Source of the DNA: a virus
Length of the DNA: 55,965 nucleotides
Virus record (IMG/VR): IMGVR_UViG_3300027872_000003
Location: 1-55,965 of that record
Direction: 5' to 3' (one strand)
The stretch's first letter is position 1. Each line of letters starts with the position of its first letter. This document shows, piece after piece, positions 15,011-22,945 of this stretch. The notes beneath the pieces were generated by a model, which saw nothing but the letters and a program-made list of their open reading frames with translations, had not been told where the DNA came from and did no database searches. Position numbers and translations under genes: made by a program.

Positions 15011-15348
15011 CTTCAAATACTATCTCTCGGTTACATTCAATGCTCAGGCAGATACCGATGAAAACGCAGCCGAAAACGTATTTCTACCGCACTAGCCATA
15101 TACCGAAAGGTTACCGGCAAAGTTGGCTTCCCTCAGCGATAAGTTAATGGATAAGAAGGGTGTGGACTGTTCACTACAAGGGACAGGGCATAAACGGGTT
15201 AAATGACAATTGCCTTCGGGCAGGGCGACCTAGTAAGTCGATAAACTATACCCGATAAGTTTGATAATACGATTAGTAGATAAGGTAATAACACTAGGGT
15301 CAGATGATGTCCTTTTATGTCAACTATACGATTAAATAAGGTGATGAT

Positions 15349-15702
15349 ATGAATGCACAAGAAACAGAATTTAAAGCAATTGTAGTGGGGAAGAACTTAC
15401 ATACTGCTATCTCATGGCCTTCTTTTAACTATCTTAGAGCATGCCTGTATCCATCAATCAATGCTTGTTCTGATTCTGAGGAATGCAAGGCCACGCTGAC
15501 AGTTAAGATTGACGGAAAAATTACGGACATTTTAGAACAGAGGCAGCCTTTTAGCGCCGATAGTAAGGTTGATATTCTGCTGTCTAAATATATGTTTTTA
15601 TTGAATAACTATGACGAAGACGACTATCACGAATTACTCACAGAATATCCGGATGATGAAATACACAAAGTCACAATATCAATACGGATAGAGCTGAGCT
15701 AG
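15349..15702 (+). CDS. hypothetical acidic protein (117 aa)
   Basis: ORF with AAGGTG SD. First gene after the ORF-free region. Confidence 0.5.
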   Translation: MNAQETEFKAIVVGKNLHTAISWPSFNYLRACLYPSINACSDSEECKATLTVKIDGKITDILEQRQPFSADSKVDILLSKYMFLLNNYDEDDYHELLTEYPDDEIHKVTISIRIELS

Positions 15703-15749
15703 CCACTACCCGATAAACCATAAACCGACAATTCTTAAAAGGTGAAATA

Positions 15750-15893
15750 ATGGTAACTATCGACTTCGGCTCAATAATCCTAAAAATCCAGGGTGATGTT
15801 ATTTGGCTAGAGCTACCAGACGGCGAGAGTATGGGTGTCGACAAAGAGGTGATAGAAAAGCTTCTTCTCGAATACTACGCTGATAACTTTTAA
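15750..15893 (+). CDS. hypothetical small protein (47 aa; below the ORF-track cutoff)
   Basis: Hand translation: MVTIDFGSIILKIQGDVIWLELPDGESMGVDKEVIEKLLLEYYADNF. AAAGGTG SD. Confidence 0.4.
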   Translation: MVTIDFGSIILKIQGDVIWLELPDGESMGVDKEVIEKLLLEYYADNF

Positions 15894-15914
15894 CAGACAG
15901 ACAGTTCTTAAACG

Positions 15915-16475
15915 GTGAATACGATGGAAGACCACAGAATAATTTACCCACGAAGTCAGGATTTAATCGACTTTGCATATCGGTACGCTAAAGAAGCTCA
16001 CGGCGATCAGCGGCGCAAATACACTGGGGAGCCTTATATGCATCACCCCGTAGCGGTTGCGCATATTGTCATGGAAACAAACCCTGATTGCGATATGGTG
16101 TGTGCGGCGTTGCTGCATGACGTTATTGAGGATACTGATAGGACCTACGAGGACATTCGTGATGCCGGATTCATGTGTCAAATAGCAGACTTGGTTCTTG
16201 AGTTATCCGATGTATCAAGGCCTGAAGACGGCAACAGGGAAACACGAAAGGCCATGGATCGGGAACACCTTACAGGAATATCTAATCGCGGCAAAACCAT
16301 TAAGCTCGCCGACCTGATCCATAACTCTGAATCGATAACCGCATACGATCCTAATTTTGCAAAGGTTTACATGGCAGAAAAAAGATTATTGCTCGATGTG
16401 CTCAAGGGTGGCGATGAAATGCTTATGCGCAAAGCAAGATCTATTGTCGATGATTACTACGAAGACCAACATTAA
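15915..16475 (+). CDS. HD-domain small alarmone hydrolase (RelA/SpoT-homologue hydrolase domain only)
   Basis: AHGDQRRKYTGEPYMHHPVAVAHIV and AALLHDVIEDT are the RSH hydrolase HD signature. At 186 aa it is a single domain. The start could instead be the ATG at 15924. Confidence 0.8.
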   Translation: MNTMEDHRIIYPRSQDLIDFAYRYAKEAHGDQRRKYTGEPYMHHPVAVAHIVMETNPDCDMVCAALLHDVIEDTDRTYEDIRDAGFMCQIADLVLELSDVSRPEDGNRETRKAMDREHLTGISNRGKTIKLADLIHNSESITAYDPNFAKVYMAEKRLLLDVLKGGDEMLMRKARSIVDDYYEDQH

Positions 16476-16512
16476 CTTATCGTAACATTCCACCAGTCGG
16501 AAAGGTGCTATC

Positions 16513-16707
16513 TTGAGGTTAAACCAGTTTGGACCGCCAGCAGGAATCGATCACGGTAAGGCCAAGACAGAATTTGCAGTGGTTGAGAAATGCCGCGACC
16601 TCCACGAATACGACAACATGAATACCAGGCAAATATCTGAATTGATGGGGATTAGCAAAGAGACTGTTCGCGATTGGATTGAGCTAAAAACGCGAACTTA
16701 TGGTTAA
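16513..16707 (+). CDS. small HTH DNA-binding protein (64 aa)
   Basis: NTRQISELMGISKETVRDWIE helix-turn-helix. TTG start after GAAAGG. Confidence 0.5.
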   Translation: MRLNQFGPPAGIDHGKAKTEFAVVEKCRDLHEYDNMNTRQISELMGISKETVRDWIELKTRTYG

Positions 16708-16722
16708 TGAAAGGAGATAGTG

Positions 16723-17145
16723 ATGAGCGATATTTTTTATAGTGAAAACGGCGAGGATTATCGACACGATGAATTATCTGGCGCTGCCGGTGCAATCCTA
16801 GACGATGAAACTGATCTTCATGTTGGTTTTTTATTCTCTGTTTGGCAAGGGATCTGTAATCCCCGAAAGGCTTCCAGTTATGCGCCTGATGTTTTAGAAG
16901 CGATGGAAAACGATGCTTACGATGAAATGCCTGAATTCTCCGATAGCTGGCCAGATGCTACGGTTGAGCAAAGAAAGGAATTAGCCGATAGCATCCTGTG
17001 GATTATTGATACATGGGCAGATAAATATCATCATCAGCCAAATTTTGGAGCGATGAGTGAGTGCAAAGAGCGCTTTTTCAAAGTAACAAAAATGGCCGAA
17101 TTCACTGATGATATCGAATATATAGAAATAACCGATGCCGAATGA
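16723..17145 (+). CDS. hypothetical highly acidic protein (140 aa)
   Basis: AAGGAG SD. About 33 D/E versus 10 K/R residues. Confidence 0.5.
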   Translation: MSDIFYSENGEDYRHDELSGAAGAILDDETDLHVGFLFSVWQGICNPRKASSYAPDVLEAMENDAYDEMPEFSDSWPDATVEQRKELADSILWIIDTWADKYHHQPNFGAMSECKERFFKVTKMAEFTDDIEYIEITDAE

Positions 17146-17305
17146 CAAAAAGCCCAGAAAGAATCCGTTCACCGACTGCTGGTGTCATGCCAGGCTTTCC
17201 AAGTCGGTGGATCATTGTCCATATGAGAATAATCCATACCGGGGCGCTTGGTTGAATGCGTTTAATAAACATAAGCAGGTTGATTTTATCGGGAGTAAGA
17301 AATAA
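17135..17305 (+). CDS. hypothetical small Cys/His protein (56 aa; below the ORF-track cutoff)
   Basis: Hand translation: MPNDKKPRKNPFTDCWCHARLSKSVDHCPYENNPYRGAWLNAFNKHKQVDFIGSKK. Overlaps both neighbouring genes (TAATG at its 3' end). Confidence 0.4.
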   Translation: MPNDKKPRKNPFTDCWCHARLSKSVDHCPYENNPYRGAWLNAFNKHKQVDFIGSKK

Positions 17306-17949
17306 TGAAGACTCGACCAATACTATTCAGCACTCCAATGGTTCAAGCATTATTGGATGGCAGCAAGGGAATGACGCGGAGAATTTTGAAGTCGCAGCCC
17401 GAAGGTTGTCAATTGATATCACGGGACGCTTGCTCGCCATCCGGCTATTCGTTTATTGCTGATATGTATGATGACGAATATATCAAGTGTCCCTATGGGA
17501 AAGCTGGCGATCTTCTTTGGGTTCGTGAAACGTGGAGGCCATCGGTTGACGGCGAAGTTTCTTGCAGCGAATATAAAACGGGCGAGTTTGTGCCAATTGA
17601 AAATACGCCAGAAGCTGCCGATGCATGGATAGAATCACGAAAGGCTGTAGAGCAATACCCGATACTTAAGCCACCTGTATGGCGGCCATCGATATTCATG
17701 CGCCGGTGGGCTTCACGCATCACGCTGGAAATAACCGATATTTGCATTGAGCGATTAAAGGATATTTCTGAAGAAGACTGCGTAAGCGAAGGGATAAAAA
17801 AGCTCCAAGGTGGCGCAATGGTCGAATTCAAAACATTGTGGGAATCGATTAATGGCAAAGACTCTTGGTGGGATAACCCTTGGGTTTGGGTAGTTAAATT
17901 CAATGTTCATCGATGCAATATTGACGACTTCGCGGGCAGAAAGAAATGA
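17305..17949 (+). CDS. ASCH-like domain protein
   Basis: RPILFSTPMVQALLDGSKGMTRR, LWVRETW, and PSIFMRRWASRITLEITDICIERLKDISEEDCVSEGI resemble the phage ASCH family. Confidence 0.5.
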   Translation: MKTRPILFSTPMVQALLDGSKGMTRRILKSQPEGCQLISRDACSPSGYSFIADMYDDEYIKCPYGKAGDLLWVRETWRPSVDGEVSCSEYKTGEFVPIENTPEAADAWIESRKAVEQYPILKPPVWRPSIFMRRWASRITLEITDICIERLKDISEEDCVSEGIKKLQGGAMVEFKTLWESINGKDSWWDNPWVWVVKFNVHRCNIDDFAGRKK

Positions 17950-18110
17950 ACAGAGTACAAAAACAAATCATCAAAGACGCCATCGACTATCCTGAAAATC
18001 TATCTGAATGGGAGTCTGAATTTATCGACAACATAGCCGACAAAGATGATGACTATGAACTGTCAGAAGAGCAGAATTCAGTGCTGAATAGAATCGGGTC
18101 GAAAGTTTAA
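17946..18110 (+). CDS. hypothetical small acidic protein (54 aa)
   Basis: Hand translation: MNRVQKQIIKDAIDYPENLSEWESEFIDNIADKDDDYELSEEQNSVLNRIGSKV. ATGA overlap with the upstream stop. Confidence 0.4.
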   Translation: MNRVQKQIIKDAIDYPENLSEWESEFIDNIADKDDDYELSEEQNSVLNRIGSKV

Positions 18111-18160
18111 GAAAGCCAGATGGTATCTGGATCGTGAAATTACACAATTGGATAAAGGTA

Positions 18161-18841
18161 ATGGATAAAATAAAATTATTGGATCATGGTTTCGCTCGTC
18201 TTGTCGATCATATGGGCAGAGATTTGTCGATAGCGAGGAATGCCCGTGTATCCTACGACGCAGAATGGCGCGCAGGTGACGACGAAGGAAGTGACGCAAG
18301 GCTGATCAATTACCTTTACAAGAATGGCCACAACACGCCGTTTGAGGCTGTCACGTTCACATTTGACATCAAGGCACCTATATTTGTTTTTCGCCAATGG
18401 CACCGACACCGCACTCAATCATTCAACGAATTATCTGCGCGCTATCGAGAACTGCCCGAGGAATTTTATATTCCGGATATCGATCAAATCACAACCCAGT
18501 CGACCGACAATAAGCAAATGAGAACTGATGAACAAAATCAGCACGCGGAATTGATTCGTGCCGCGATGACCTGCCACAACAAAGAAGCGTTTGCGCTCTA
18601 CCGTGGAATGCTAGATCAGGGATGCCCGAGAGAATTGGCGCGCTCTGTGTTGCCGGTGGCGACTTATAGTCATATGTTTGCAACGGTTAATCTGCACAAC
18701 CTTTTTAGGTTTCTATCTGAAAGAATGCACGAACACGCGCAATATGAAATTCGGGTATATGCCAATGCACTGCTTGAGTTAATTGAACCGATTGTTCCTG
18801 TTGCGGTGGCAGCGTTTAAAGAAAGTATGACCGATGATTGA
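18161..18841 (+). CDS. thyX: flavin-dependent thymidylate synthase ThyX
   Basis: ThyX signature FRQWHRHRTQSFNELSARY (RHRxxS...SxR). ATG at 18161 follows AAAGG. Confidence 0.9.
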   Translation: MDKIKLLDHGFARLVDHMGRDLSIARNARVSYDAEWRAGDDEGSDARLINYLYKNGHNTPFEAVTFTFDIKAPIFVFRQWHRHRTQSFNELSARYRELPEEFYIPDIDQITTQSTDNKQMRTDEQNQHAELIRAAMTCHNKEAFALYRGMLDQGCPRELARSVLPVATYSHMFATVNLHNLFRFLSERMHEHAQYEIRVYANALLELIEPIVPVAVAAFKESMTDD

Positions 18842-19001
18842 TTTCACACTAAAAACAATCATGGTCACAATATGCACCTGCGCCGGACTGTTCTGTATCG
18901 AGTATTACCGGTCGATAATTAATCCACCGTGCATGCCGATATATATTGTTTGCAATATGGCAGATGAAGATTGCGCGAAGATGACGGATCCGGAGGGATA
19001 A
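18834..19001 (+). CDS. hypothetical small membrane protein (55 aa)
   Basis: Hand translation: MIDFTLKTIMVTICTCAGLFCIEYY.... Overlaps the thyX stop. Confidence 0.35.
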   Translation: MIDFTLKTIMVTICTCAGLFCIEYYRSIINPPCMPIYIVCNMADEDCAKMTDPEG

Positions 19002-19002
19002 T

Positions 19003-19332
19003 ATGTGCAATTGCGTAAATGTAGAAATGGGCAGCTATGATAATCAGGTCGTAGTTCCGGTGCCTGAATATATTGATCTTCGTATGAACAATCCTGAACA
19101 GTACCGACGAGAAACAGTTTGCATTGATGCCTGCCTATTCGATGAGATCAAAGCATTGTGGCGCGTAGGAATAACCACCACAGGCTGTTGCTGCGGGCAC
19201 AATAAGATTCAAGGATATATTGGCGTCTTGGATAGAGATATTCACAAAATGAAAGCACTGGGCTATGTCGTCGCTCACAATACATGCAGGCCGGGCGACG
19301 AAGACAGCTTTATACCGAAGAGTGGGCTATAA
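19003..19332 (+). CDS. Cys-rich protein, distant member of the CCGH paralogue set (109 aa)
   Basis: GGAGGG SD. Motif: C.DAC...GITTTGCCCGHNKIQGYIGV. Confidence 0.5.
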   Translation: MCNCVNVEMGSYDNQVVVPVPEYIDLRMNNPEQYRRETVCIDACLFDEIKALWRVGITTTGCCCGHNKIQGYIGVLDRDIHKMKALGYVVAHNTCRPGDEDSFIPKSGL

Positions 19333-19333
19333 A

Positions 19334-19564
19334 ATGGCATTAAGAATTCGACAAAACGGTTCTGTTTTATGCGCCGCTATTCACAAGGAGCAATGCGGTG
19401 ACATTTATATTCCCGACAATATCAGTGAAATATTAACAGGATGCACAGGAGAGATCCCTGTCTTGGTCACTGAGCCGAATGAAAAGCATATGAAGCATGG
19501 CCTTTGGTGGTGGGCATATGGAGCAATACCTGAGTGGGCTGAAATAGATTATTGGTGGAAGTAA
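19334..19564 (+). CDS. hypothetical Trp-rich protein (76 aa, MALRIRQNG...)
   Basis: Internal ATG of ORF 19265-19564, immediately after the upstream stop. Confidence 0.45.
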   Translation: MALRIRQNGSVLCAAIHKEQCGDIYIPDNISEILTGCTGEIPVLVTEPNEKHMKHGLWWWAYGAIPEWAEIDYWWK

Positions 19565-19809
19565 TGAAGATGAAATACTACACAAGCGAGGACGCCGGAA
19601 GCGGGCAACATGGAATTTGTATCAAGTGTAAAAAAGGCCCAACCAAAGAAGGTCACGACGGATGCATTGGTACCCTACCCTCGCCCACAGTAATGAATGC
19701 TTGTTGCGGGCATGGCCGGGATGAATGTGCTTATGTTCAGTTTTGGGATGAACCGAGAATAAGCGGTGCCGAGGCTCTTAAATATATCGATAACAGGAAA
19801 TCAAAATGA
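19564..19809 (+). CDS. CCGHG-motif Cys/His-rich protein, paralogue A (81 aa)
   Basis: CIKCKKGPTKEGHDGCIGTLP..VMNACCGHGRDECAYVQF. TAATG coupling. Confidence 0.5.
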   Translation: MKMKYYTSEDAGSGQHGICIKCKKGPTKEGHDGCIGTLPSPTVMNACCGHGRDECAYVQFWDEPRISGAEALKYIDNRKSK

Positions 19810-19961
19810 AACAATCAGCGGAGTTTGAAGAATCAATGGAGCGCGCCAAGGACTTTCCACTAATCCAGACGGTTGCGCGTAGTAAATATTTGAAGCTGAA
19901 CGATAAAATTGATGTGCTGGTTAGGGTTCAGCGTGAAATGGATAGACTAAATAAGAGGTGA
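19806..19961 (+). CDS. hypothetical small protein (51 aa)
   Basis: Hand translation: MKQSAEFEESMERAKDFPLIQTVARSKYLKLNDKIDVLVRVQREMDRLNKR. ATGA overlap. Confidence 0.35.
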   Translation: MKQSAEFEESMERAKDFPLIQTVARSKYLKLNDKIDVLVRVQREMDRLNKR

Positions 19962-19964
19962 TTT

Positions 19965-20285
19965 ATGGCTACTAAAAGTAAGTTCAGAGGACATGACGTT
20001 GAATATAGAAACGAAGAGTGGTTCTTTTGTGAAACTGGGTTATCAATTATAGAAACCCATATCGACATGCCGTGCGGGCATTGTGGAAGGGGCGATACGC
20101 CAGAGGGTCATGACGGCTGCTTGGGAACCTTGCCGGGGGTAATGAACGCATGCTGCGGGCATGGTGTAGAAAGTGAGGCATACATACAGTTTTCACCGGG
20201 TGTCGCTATATATGGCGGGGAAGCTGCGGGGGAAATTCACCGACTAAAAATGCAGGTTAACCCCCCTTCTTCAGCAAAGCCTTAA
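19965..20285 (+). CDS. CCGHG-motif Cys/His-rich protein, paralogue B (106 aa)
   Basis: CGHCGRGDTPEGHDGCLGTLPGVMNACCGHGVESEAYIQF. AAGAGGTG SD. Confidence 0.5.
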   Translation: MATKSKFRGHDVEYRNEEWFFCETGLSIIETHIDMPCGHCGRGDTPEGHDGCLGTLPGVMNACCGHGVESEAYIQFSPGVAIYGGEAAGEIHRLKMQVNPPSSAKP

Positions 20286-20574
20286 CGATTTTCTCCCCGT
20301 TCTTATCAATAAACTCAATAATCTTGTAGCAGAAAAAGCCGCATATCATCAGGTATCCCGGCTTATTCGGTCCATCAGGCAGAAAGATATAACCAACAAC
20401 GCCGATAAAGAATGCCAGCATTGATGTTGTGAGAAGGTGGCGGAATTTAAATTTGATGTGCTGCCGATCGATATAATAAAAATAATTGGCCAGCCCTCCG
20501 AACATCCCAATTAAGCCGGCGTCCAGATATTGGATATAATCATTGAAGGGTTGAATTAATATCGAAGTGTCCAT
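20257..20574 (-). CDS. holin-like three-TM membrane protein (105 aa)
   Basis: Three hydrophobic segments and a Lys-rich C-terminus. Last gene of the lysis cassette. Confidence 0.45.
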   Translation of the reverse strand: MDTSILIQPFNDYIQYLDAGLIGMFGGLANYFYYIDRQHIKFKFRHLLTTSMLAFFIGVVGYIFLPDGPNKPGYLMICGFFCYKIIEFIDKNGEKIVKALLKKGG

Positions 20575-20647
20575 TCATTTCACGCCGCCAGCCGATAATT
20601 ATTCGTCGTCCTCTTCTACGAGCACCTTTATTCCCGACAGCACAGCC

Positions 20648-21196
20648 TTAATGAGAGTGTGGATCACGCCTATGTACGCGGCGGTCTCCAACAGTTCGGG
20701 TATTCGTATCTCGAACAGCACTACCATAATGACCAATATGGCCAAATTTATCTCGAATGACATCGGAGCCCACCATTAGTAGCGTCACCTCAATTGCGCA
20801 AAGTGCGGGGATTAAATAAATCATTGACCATATCTGCGTTGTCCCAAAGAATCTAAATTCTAATGGAATTCCGATATTGCATAGAACGGTAAATATTAAA
20901 GGGATTGAAACCAGTCGATAGGCTTTATTTGTAGCATCGATGAATTTTAAAAGTGCAAAGATATTGAGTGCGGCAGGAACGATGTATTGTGAGAAATCCA
21001 GAAGCCTGGTTATCGAATCACTCGCCGGATATATTGCGTCACGACCATCAATCCACATTGTTGTGCAATGGCCTATAAATCCAGCAAACAACAGCACCCA
21101 TGCATACATGTGGCAAAGTCGGGTTTTCTGTTCTGTCGTACTTAGATTGGCTGCGAAACCGGCAATGACCGCAAATAGAATAAACGAATATTCCAT
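20648..21196 (-). CDS. multi-pass membrane protein (182 aa)
   Basis: At least four hydrophobic segments and a basic His/Arg-rich tail. Lies in the lysis cassette. Confidence 0.45.
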   Translation of the reverse strand: MEYSFILFAVIAGFAANLSTTEQKTRLCHMYAWVLLFAGFIGHCTTMWIDGRDAIYPASDSITRLLDFSQYIVPAALNIFALLKFIDATNKAYRLVSIPLIFTVLCNIGIPLEFRFFGTTQIWSMIYLIPALCAIEVTLLMVGSDVIRDKFGHIGHYGSAVRDTNTRTVGDRRVHRRDPHSH

Positions 21197-21300
21197 TACT
21201 TTTCAGGATTTCGATCGCGCGGCTTTGAAGTCTGACCACCGGCTCCTTTGGGTTTTGATGCGGGTTTATTGGTTGATGCGGGAGTGGGTTTCTTAGCCAT
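21196..21300 (-). CDS. hypothetical small basic Pro/Lys-rich protein (34 aa)
   Basis: Hand translation: MAKKPTPASTNKPASKPKGAGGQTSKPRDRNPEK. AAAGGA SD. TAATG overlap with the downstream gene. Confidence 0.3.
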   Translation of the reverse strand: MAKKPTPASTNKPASKPKGAGGQTSKPRDRNPEK

Positions 21301-21361
21301 TTCGATTTCCTTTATACGATAAGATTTTATGCGATGACTTGATTATATCCGAAAACTGTTT

Positions 21362-21757
21362 TTATTCCACCTCTGCGGACCACCATAATTTTACATCGAA
21401 GCCGGGGCAGTATGATTTCTTTGAATCTAAGTCGGAGTGTCCAAGTACTTCGGCGTCGGGGAATTTGAAACGAATGGTTGCTATGTAATGCCTGAGTGAT
21501 TGTAGCTGGTTCATCGTAGCATCGCCGCCACGGCCTATTAAGCAAACGCCTACTGAGTGTTGATTGTGGCCGTTAACGTGCGCGCCTGACCAGTATGTAG
21601 GCCTTCCCTGCTCTATTGCACCGTTCTCGAGTATCACAGAATTATATCCAATGCCCCACCAGCCCCTGGCCAGATGCCACAGGTGAATAGTCTCGGCATT
21701 ATCACCGCGGCCTTGTGGTGAATCGGAGCAATGAACAATAATCTTTGTGATATTCAC
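21362..21757 (-). CDS. endolysin: N-acetylmuramoyl-L-alanine amidase (Amidase_2 / T7-lysozyme / PGRP fold)
   Basis: IIVHCSDSP, GYNSVI, GAHVNGHNQHSVGVCLIG, LGHSDLD...CPGFDV. Confidence 0.85.
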   Translation of the reverse strand: MNITKIIVHCSDSPQGRGDNAETIHLWHLARGWWGIGYNSVILENGAIEQGRPTYWSGAHVNGHNQHSVGVCLIGRGGDATMNQLQSLRHYIATIRFKFPDAEVLGHSDLDSKKSYCPGFDVKLWWSAEVE

Positions 21758-22122
21758 TTCTCATACCTATCAATCATCTTTTGTGCAGAATCAACCTTTC
21801 GCTTTTTCTTAAACAGCTCCTTTAGTTCGGGCTCTGATTTATTTGCCCTAACTTCCAGCTCTTCAACTCTTTCCATTAAATCATCTACACGCTGCGACTG
21901 TAATATAACGATCAGTGCTGAAAGAGATTCAACGGCCCTTTGTTCAACTTGAACGACTTCCTTTTTAATCTCTTTAACGTCGACGCTCTGGTCGTGCCTA
22001 GCATCTACAGCAAGAACGCTTCCGGCAATAAATCCTATCGATACGAGAATCGCTGAAGCTTCTTTCCACCTTGATAGAAATTTATTTACCACAAATTTCA
22101 CCTGAATAATTGTCCATATCAT
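21754..22122 (-). CDS. N-terminal-TM coiled-coil protein (i-spanin-like or holin-associated)
   Basis: TM segment ASAILVSIGFIAGSVLAV followed by a charged helical region. Overlaps the endolysin start by 4 nt. Confidence 0.4.
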   Translation of the reverse strand: MIWTIIQVKFVVNKFLSRWKEASAILVSIGFIAGSVLAVDARHDQSVDVKEIKKEVVQVEQRAVESLSALIVILQSQRVDDLMERVEELEVRANKSEPELKELFKKKRKVDSAQKMIDRYEK

Positions 22123-22681
22123 GGCTTTTAATCGGTCCCAGATTACCGCCGATTTTCTTCATCCTGATATCGTGCTTAAAAAATGGGGGAACCATGGGAA
22201 CAATATCATTGCCGTATCGATAGCCGATTACGTCGATGCCTTTCAGTGACTTCAGTCGGCCAACTCTCGGAGGTGCAAACGCTCGAACCACTTTGACATT
22301 ATAGCCACGGCGGGCAAGGAATGCGGCCACGATTAAACAGATTGCAGCGCCAAGGCTATGACCAGAGAGGTACAGTGGCGTGGTTTTGTCTTCGATCATT
22401 AGTTCGACGTTATCGCATATTCTGACGGCTGCTTTGGTAAAGCCTGCGGGATGCCAGCCGAGCCCGGGAGTCCATACGGGGAAGAATCGAATATCAGTGA
22501 GAATGTCTTTCAATAACGATGATACAGAATGGCCGTTTTTGTTGGTGCCGCGAAATGCAAACGAGAATCCATCGGAATATGGCTGAAAGTAAGCCTCGAC
22601 ATTGCCGTCCACAATATTCGACATTTCATAGGACTGTTCAGCAAACCCCGCTAAGTCTTGGTCTACCTGGGGGAATTTCAC
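22082..22681 (-). CDS. class 3 (Lipase_3) lipase-like serine hydrolase
   Basis: FAFRGTNK and nucleophile elbow GHSLGAA. Start assigned to the GTG at 22681 (GTGA overlap with the upstream stop). Confidence 0.7.
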   Translation of the reverse strand: MKFPQVDQDLAGFAEQSYEMSNIVDGNVEAYFQPYSDGFSFAFRGTNKNGHSVSSLLKDILTDIRFFPVWTPGLGWHPAGFTKAAVRICDNVELMIEDKTTPLYLSGHSLGAAICLIVAAFLARRGYNVKVVRAFAPPRVGRLKSLKGIDVIGYRYGNDIVPMVPPFFKHDIRMKKIGGNLGPIKSHDMDNYSGEICGK

Positions 22682-22944
22682 TGGAAATCTAAATCGGTTA
22701 TGGTGTTTTTCTTGGTAGTGCTGACAATACAGACGCCATCGGAGAAATTGATATACAGTTTCACGTCGTCCATGCCTTTTTTCGTGCCCTTGCAATAGAG
22801 AACATCTCCGGAGAATACTTGATAAATCAGACCAGCTTTGCCAGATGACGCCATGACATAATTAGTGCTCTCGCTTTCAGAGCCAATACCAGTAGTTCCG
22901 CAACCCATAAGAAATATTACTAAAACATAAAGAATATTACGCAT
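22678..22944 (-). CDS. lipoprotein (88 aa)
   Basis: MRNILYVLVIFLMGC: signal peptide plus lipobox L-M-G-C. AGGTGA SD before the ATG at 22944. Confidence 0.6.
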   Translation of the reverse strand: MRNILYVLVIFLMGCGTTGIGSESESTNYVMASSGKAGLIYQVFSGDVLYCKGTKKGMDDVKLYINFSDGVCIVSTTKKNTITDLDFQ

Positions 22945-22945
22945 A

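Larger units (their letters stand above)
14456..15340 (+). ncRNA. candidate large structured non-coding RNA(s), family unassigned
   Basis: About 0.9 kb without a credible ORF. Contains multiple long helices with G-U wobbles, three T-arm-like hairpins all in plus orientation, and a UUCG hairpin. Boundaries are approximate. Confidence 0.5.

Noticed and set aside
22682-22795. 5' extension of the lipase ORF to the start at 22795.
   Set aside because: The extension would overlap the lipoprotein gene by 117 nt in another frame and encodes an Arg/His-rich, non-lipase-like leader. The GTG at 22681 gives a 4-nt coupled start.
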